IMG/VR virus record: IMGVR_UViG_3300015214_000024
Coordinates: 329,787 to 393,786 of that record
DNA: 64,000 bases
Reading direction: 5' to 3' (one strand)
Source of the DNA: a virus
Taxonomy: Duplodnaviria; Heunggongvirae; Uroviricota; Caudoviricetes
The position numbers were made by a program, and so were the translations under genes. Under the pieces are notes generated by a model. The model saw nothing but the letters and a program-made list of their open reading frames with translations, ran no database searches and was not told the origin of the DNA. This document shows, in pieces, positions 58,564 to 64,000 of the stretch (positions are counted from its first letter, which is position 1; the number at the start of each line of letters is the position of its first letter).

Positions 58564-59856
58564 TTATGGGGTAATACCACCACCCAAATTCAATACAACA
58601 ATTCTAACTCCAGTATTATTTGAACCGCTTGATTTCAAAGCTAAATATTCTCTATTTTGCGATTCACCATAAACCGTCAATGGAACGATAGTTCCGTTTG
58701 AAACAACGTCAGCTGAAGTAAAACCGATCATATCAAGCTCATATGAATAGCAGAATCGACTTGTATTCAGACGAGCTGGGAACGTGACAATATATTTTTG
58801 ATCTTCCGACAAAGAAACTTGGTTCTGTGCGTTGATAATCGAGTCGGAATCTTCCTGATTAATCTCGGCTCTGCGTCGGGCATAGTTTGGTCTTAGCAAC
58901 CCAGTAACTGGGTCAGTTCCTTGCTCCACATTAGCAGTAGTATCTTCTGGATCATTAATATCGTCAGTGATATTATATAATGAATGGGCAATTCCTGCCG
59001 GCTTCAAAACATCAGCTTCACGAACAACCGTTTGGAAAAAATATGTTTGTTGTGGGAAATCCTGATTTGCACCATTGTATGCTACACACCAAACTGGTGC
59101 TTTACCATCAACAACTGTAGCACCAGTTTCACGATCTACCGGACGTTGAATTAGTACCCAATTAAAGTTGTAAGAAAATACGTCACTATCAGCATCTTCC
59201 CAAATACCGAACCATACACCGCGATCAGTAATTACCAATCTATATCGCAATGGAAAAGCTGTTCCAGAACCTGCGCCAATTCGAGTGGTTCGGTTAATAA
59301 TACCAAATTTAGGGTCATCTTTAACTACTCGCTGTTCGTAAGTTGAGCTTGCAGTCATAATCGCCTCAGTAAATGGAGTCCAAACACCACTAGCGGTAAT
59401 GTACTGCTGAACATTGTCTGTATTTGTTCCTGAACTAGGGGCAGTAACTGGATTATATACATTGGTACCCATCTTAAAATTAACATTACCAATAACATCG
59501 GTTGGCATCATCTTTTGCTGTTCTTGGGAGGAAGATGAAGCTTTTTTAACTAAGCCGACTTCATAAAGAAGTGGTAATGACCCATCATCAGCCAATGTTG
59601 CAGATGTACCAACGTAGCAAAAAGCATTTTGTATTTTCTGAACGTCAAACATAACTCTCCAAGGCTGTGTGGCTGCCAGTGGATCAACGTCAGATGATGC
59701 TTCTAACAAAACTTTATATGGAGCCGTAGCGGTTCCAGAATCAAACGTTAACGGATAAACTAAATCGAATCCATTCGCAACCATATCATCAACAAGTGAT
59801 GCAATTAATGCAGTTGCTGATGGAAATCCGCCACGTTCTACAATAAATCCAGCCAT
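58564..59856 (-). CDS. Virion structural protein (paralogue of next gene)
   Basis: Shares VDPLAATQPWR, FNWxLxQRPVDRxTG, GKAPVWCV, ELDMI with 59892..60950. Confidence 0.65.
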   Translation of the reverse strand: MAGFIVERGGFPSATALIASLVDDMVANGFDLVYPLTFDSGTATAPYKVLLEASSDVDPLAATQPWRVMFDVQKIQNAFCYVGTSATLADDGSLPLLYEVGLVKKASSSSQEQQKMMPTDVIGNVNFKMGTNVYNPVTAPSSGTNTDNVQQYITASGVWTPFTEAIMTASSTYEQRVVKDDPKFGIINRTTRIGAGSGTAFPLRYRLVITDRGVWFGIWEDADSDVFSYNFNWVLIQRPVDRETGATVVDGKAPVWCVAYNGANQDFPQQTYFFQTVVREADVLKPAGIAHSLYNITDDINDPEDTTANVEQGTDPVTGLLRPNYARRRAEINQEDSDSIINAQNQVSLSEDQKYIVTFPARLNTSRFCYSYELDMIGFTSADVVSNGTIVPLTVYGESQNREYLALKSSGSNNTGVRIVVLNLGGGITP

Positions 59857-59891
59857 TTTATACTCCTAATTATGTTCTTTTAATCTTTTGA

Positions 59892-60950
59892 TTATATTGC
59901 ATCAATACCGCCACCTTCGTGCAATACCAATACGCGCATACCAGTATTTCCAGTATAGTTTGCCTGAAGTGCTTTATATTTTCTTGGTGTTGGATTTGGT
60001 GTCGGGGTGGCACCATCATTTTCACCATAAACTTCAATGTCAATTATTGATTCTTGTGACACCACGTCTGCTGATGTTGTAGCAATCATATCAAGCTCGT
60101 GTGAGTAACGATAGCGTGACGAATTAAGTCTTGAAGGGAAATTAATTACATATTTGCCATCTTCAGTTAATCTAACTTGTTGATATGGATTGATAATCGC
60201 TTCTGAATCATCTTGATTTTGTGTTGCAGATCGGCGAGTCAATGTTGTATCAACCATCTTTGGTGCTTCTGGACGAAGAATATCTGATTCCCTAACCACA
60301 AATTGATAAATGTTATTTGTGATACCAGTAGTATCAGCAGTGCTATTCACACACCAAACTGGTGCTTTACCTGTTATAACTACTTCACCAGTATCTCTAT
60401 CAACTGGTCTTTGAACTAATATCCAATTAAAGTGTGCTGAAGTTTCCGCAGTAACAGCGTCTTCCCAAGTTCCGAGGAAAAATCCACGTGGCGAAATAGA
60501 CAATCTATAAGACATTGGGTAGGAATTGCCATCATCACCAACACGAGTACTGCGGTTAATGAAACCTTGCGAAAGTGATGAAGAAACAATATTTCCACCA
60601 GTAGCAATAGCGCCAACTGCACCAATAATATCAACTGGAGCGTTTGATGCATTCACTTCCTTAGCAAATGAACCATCATCTGGCAACTGGGTCGGAGTGG
60701 CGACAATAACACTAATTAAATCTTTTTCTAAAGCCTCAAAACGAATTCTCCAAGGCTGTGTAGCTGCTAGTGGATCAACATCAACACTAGCTTCTAATGT
60801 AACACTAAAAGCTTCGCCAGCAGTTTGAGGGTCAAACGCTGATACTGGATATTTCTGTGTAAATCCATTATCAATCATTTGGCCGACGGCATCAGCAATC
60901 AATTCCGCGGCTGTCAAAAAATTGTTTTTTTCAAATATATAGCCAGTCAT
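59892..60950 (-). CDS. Virion structural protein (paralogue of previous gene)
   Basis: Same motifs; ATAAATA at 60990-60996. Confidence 0.65.
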   Translation of the reverse strand: MTGYIFEKNNFLTAAELIADAVGQMIDNGFTQKYPVSAFDPQTAGEAFSVTLEASVDVDPLAATQPWRIRFEALEKDLISVIVATPTQLPDDGSFAKEVNASNAPVDIIGAVGAIATGGNIVSSSLSQGFINRSTRVGDDGNSYPMSYRLSISPRGFFLGTWEDAVTAETSAHFNWILVQRPVDRDTGEVVITGKAPVWCVNSTADTTGITNNIYQFVVRESDILRPEAPKMVDTTLTRRSATQNQDDSEAIINPYQQVRLTEDGKYVINFPSRLNSSRYRYSHELDMIATTSADVVSQESIIDIEVYGENDGATPTPNPTPRKYKALQANYTGNTGMRVLVLHEGGGIDAI

Positions 60951-61025
60951 TAATATTCTCCCGAACTTCAGGCGTTTAGTTCTTTATGTTATTTATTATT
61001 TAAATCCGATTTTTAAGATCGCAAT

Positions 61026-61673
61026 TTAAAAGACTTGATCATATTCAACCGGCAAATAAGTTATAGTTATAGTAACGTCACCAGGTTGAAAATCAATATT
61101 TTCCATATCAAAATAAATTTTATTTGTTGGAGGATCTTCCAAATTAACAAATATTGAATATCGTCTATTTCTCAAAATTGACCCATCACTTAAAACCGTC
61201 GATCCATCATCTGTCAAATGATCCTCAGTTGCGGAGAATATATAAGGATTGGTCTCATCTTTATCAGGAGTAGACCAAGCCGTGACCTTAGCAACCTTAC
61301 TTAATGTTAAATCGTAAATGATAGACGATTTGGCCATAGCTAATTCAAATGACTGAGTTTCACCAGCAACTAAATTAGTAACGGTATATTCAACAGTAAC
61401 TCTTTTAGATGTTATGTCACCGCCTTTGGTAAAATAATCCCAAGTGCCGGCAGTTTCATTCCAAGTGTAAACGACACTCGTTTCAACCACAAAAACTGCC
61501 ATACCATCATCCAATCGGTCAACAGGTATGAGTGCCAAATCGTCATAAGTAGGCACGCCGCGCCAGCCGCCTTTGCCATATTTGGCGTGATGAGTAGGAA
61601 ATATGTCCGCATCTGTAAATGGTACGATAGCGGATGCAACGTTAGTACCTAAAATTGGTGTAGGATCTGCCAT
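61026..61673 (-). CDS. Virion structural protein
   Basis: GKGGWRGV...IPVDRL..GMAVFV motif; NPYIF.AT..HL.DDG C-domain; structural context. Confidence 0.55.
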   Translation of the reverse strand: MADPTPILGTNVASAIVPFTDADIFPTHHAKYGKGGWRGVPTYDDLALIPVDRLDDGMAVFVVETSVVYTWNETAGTWDYFTKGGDITSKRVTVEYTVTNLVAGETQSFELAMAKSSIIYDLTLSKVAKVTAWSTPDKDETNPYIFSATEDHLTDDGSTVLSDGSILRNRRYSIFVNLEDPPTNKIYFDMENIDFQPGDVTITITYLPVEYDQVF

Positions 61674-61676
61674 ATG

Positions 61677-62741
61677 TTATGCCCAATGTACCTGTATGTT
61701 TGCGCCAGTTTGAATATTGTTAATTCTAATCAAGTTATACTGTGAAGCATAACCAGAAGCATTTGTAAAATTAATCACGGTGGTGGTAAAGTCACTGAAT
61801 GCAAGGCCGCCAACAGTAACAGCATTCAATGTGCCGAAAGAAGCCGGATAGGCATAATAAACATATCTACCACCAGTAGCATTATAAGTAACATCTTTGA
61901 CTTTTGATGTTGAAAATTCAGAACTTAAAGCGATGATTTCCGAATCAGTCAAAGTAGTATTCGGAGAGACACCCCAATATCTTTTATTTCTAAATTGCAA
62001 AGATGCCGTTGATGTTGCTGTATTTCCAGCATTTGCTGTACCATCAGAAACTGTTAATGTCCAAGAACGGTCCGAGCTAAATGGACCGTTGACTGTCGCA
62101 GTAGTATCAGACGGGGTGAGCGGGGTTCCGGTATAGTTTGTCATAGCCAATGTTGCGGCTGTCTTGTTCAACGACCAATTCAATGTGACAGACCCAACAC
62201 TTGAACCAATTTCCACCAAATTTGGCGAGGCTGAGAATGAAGTGATCGCCATCGGCTTGTAAAGCAATGCTGCCATTTGAGCCTCCAAAATATCTAAACG
62301 TGCTTTATAATTTGCCAGGCCAGCAGGAGTAACTGCTACGTCATCTCTGACAGCAGCATCACATTCTTCCAAGGTGGCCTTAGGCACATCAATAGTCTTG
62401 TCAGCAGGTCCGTTATCAGTGACATATGCAAGACCAGTGCCAGTAATGGTAATAGATGGTGTGATCGCTGATGATAAATCATTAATGGAGGTCAAATATG
62501 TTTGACCTTGATCAGCCAACATTAACGTGGTATTACCATTTAAATTAGCTGTCGGGAATGTTGTTAAATTAAAAACATACTTACCCAATACATAATCACC
62601 AACAGATTCCGAAGTTATACTAACAGGTAGTTTTTCAGTAGCATTGTTAGCAGCTGGTAATAATTCATCACCAAGCAGTTCGTCCAAACGAGGCATTTGG
62701 ACAATGTTAGTCAATTCTAATGTTTGATCAGGTAATGCCAT
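61677..62741 (-). CDS. Virion/fibre structural protein
   Basis: AVTPAGL fibre-repeat motif; ITSFSASP Ig-like region; YYAYPASFG C-domain. Confidence 0.55.
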   Translation of the reverse strand: MALPDQTLELTNIVQMPRLDELLGDELLPAANNATEKLPVSITSESVGDYVLGKYVFNLTTFPTANLNGNTTLMLADQGQTYLTSINDLSSAITPSITITGTGLAYVTDNGPADKTIDVPKATLEECDAAVRDDVAVTPAGLANYKARLDILEAQMAALLYKPMAITSFSASPNLVEIGSSVGSVTLNWSLNKTAATLAMTNYTGTPLTPSDTTATVNGPFSSDRSWTLTVSDGTANAGNTATSTASLQFRNKRYWGVSPNTTLTDSEIIALSSEFSTSKVKDVTYNATGGRYVYYAYPASFGTLNAVTVGGLAFSDFTTTVINFTNASGYASQYNLIRINNIQTGANIQVHWA

Positions 62742-64000
62742 TAAATTTTAATCCCGTTTCCGTCAATAAGAACAATGAACTGTTTGATTCGTAACAAATT
62801 AGCACCAACAGATAATGTGAAGCCACGGTCTTTGTAGTTTCCCCATTTATCATATGCTCTAACTGTAAAGAATGTTGTTGATCCTTCCGGTCCAGCAACA
62901 CCAGTAATAATTCCTGTACTACTATTTAGCGTAAAGCCTGGTGGCAAACTACCAAAAACTAATTCATATGAAACAATTTGATCAACTAAATGATGCTTTG
63001 TTCTCAATTGGATTGTTACTGGTTTTTCTGTAGTAATATATCCCAATTCTCCAGGAGGAGTAATCCAAATTGGAGGATTAGCTGACCAGAATTCTTTAGT
63101 AAGCCCATTATAGAAAACTTCCTGATAATCTGGAGCCCATTTGAGTTGAAAAACTTGACCATTAGTTAATTTGCCAATATAGCGATCAAATAATAATTCT
63201 TTACCAACAAAAGTTAAACCGTCAGCTTGAATATTTTGTTTCTCATCTAAAATTAGGCTATAATCAAAGTGAACCAATTGTCCGTCAAAAGTAGTTTCTA
63301 TATTCGATTGTGGCAAAAATCCAAGTTCTTCACAAGGGGCGCCAGTAATGTTCGATAAAGTGATGAAATTGCTTGCATAATTAAAACGCAAGGCATAGCC
63401 ATAAGTTGGCGTGAATTCTGTACCAATATAGCTATATTGAACTGACTGTTCTAAATACACTCGTATTTCATTATTACCAGCAGCAGATAATGCCTGTTCA
63501 ATATCGTTTTTAGCAGTGAAAACGTCACTACCAGTAAATGTTACTAAAACACCGCCAACAGACATTTGCGATCCGACAGTAACTATTGGATCTACTTTAT
63601 CAGCCAATAGCACGTGGCGATCAAAAGTAGTTTCCTGAATATTGAAACTAGTTTGGTTGATGATTTGAGTAAAGTTTTGTACAATAGTTTGTGCTTTTCC
63701 TGGCTGGACATATGCAAGAACTATTGCTGGAACATAACCTAAAGTTTTTCCTGTGTCATCCTGTGGCAATCTCATCCAAGCTGGTAGGAATTCATCATTT
63801 TCAAGCTGCTTGACCTCTTGGCGGATATTATCAAATGAATGACTGTAATATTGAATACCATCCTGTGTTGGAATATTATAATCGGTACCATCCTGTGGAT
63901 CAAGCAATGGAATATAAATTACTTCATACTCTACGTTGCCATAATTGTCTCTACCAACAGCATATGTTGGTATTCCCATCAAACTGCTAAATTTCTTATG
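62741..64000 (-). CDS. Baseplate wedge-like protein, 5'-truncated at window edge
   Basis: YEVIY...LPAWM...GYVPAIVLAY..PG motif; putative Ig GSLPPGFTLNSSTGIITG; frame open to 64000. Confidence 0.6.
   Translation of the reverse strand, partial: HKKFSSLMGIPTYAVGRDNYGNVEYEVIYIPLLDPQDGTDYNIPTQDGIQYYSHSFDNIRQEVKQLENDEFLPAWMRLPQDDTGKTLGYVPAIVLAYVQPGKAQTIVQNFTQIINQTSFNIQETTFDRHVLLADKVDPIVTVGSQMSVGGVLVTFTGSDVFTAKNDIEQALSAAGNNEIRVYLEQSVQYSYIGTEFTPTYGYALRFNYASNFITLSNITGAPCEELGFLPQSNIETTFDGQLVHFDYSLILDEKQNIQADGLTFVGKELLFDRYIGKLTNGQVFQLKWAPDYQEVFYNGLTKEFWSANPPIWITPPGELGYITTEKPVTIQLRTKHHLVDQIVSYELVFGSLPPGFTLNSSTGIITGVAGPEGSTTFFTVRAYDKWGNYKDRGFTLSVGANLLRIKQFIVLIDGNGIKI

Noticed and set aside
1-64000. Stop-codon reassignment (TAG or TGA recoding), known in some large phages
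   Set aside because: Standard-code ORFs tile the window densely and conserved proteins are full length
1-64000. tRNA, rRNA or group I intron
   Set aside because: Intergenic gaps are short and explained by promoters and terminators; no cloverleaf or interrupted conserved gene seen by eye (a covariance-model scan would be needed to exclude fully)

Overview
A 64-kb, AT-rich (roughly 36-37% GC by eye), densely coding segment of a large T4-related (probably jumbo) myophage genome, almost all on the minus strand. In transcription order (right to left) it carries: baseplate/virion genes; a tandem array of six paralogous lectin-like virion proteins followed by a repeat-rich scaffold-like protein; tail tube and tube-like genes; gp4-like head-completion nuclease; small and large terminase, plus a catalytically degenerate second terminase ATPase domain; acidic putative head-internal proteins; a T4-like recombination/replication block (gp32, UvsX, UvsY, UvsW, gp62-like, a miniature DnaE-like protein, primase, helicase); a Pol-beta nucleotidyltransferase/RNA-ligase-like pair; an HNH-RNA ligase fusion; tail-fibre genes with two DUF4376-like chaperones; and a two-component signalling pair (sensor-less HisKA-HATPase kinase plus a REC-coiled-coil-PAS protein) that looks like a hybrid kinase split in two and placed in swapped order. 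T4-late-type promoters (ATAAATA) precede most structural operons. CATG is almost absent: I found 7 by eye against about 200 expected, and 6 of the 7 cluster at 35.4-38.2 kb. I saw no tRNA, rRNA, CRISPR array or integrase. All family assignments come from motif recognition by eye; no database searches were run.
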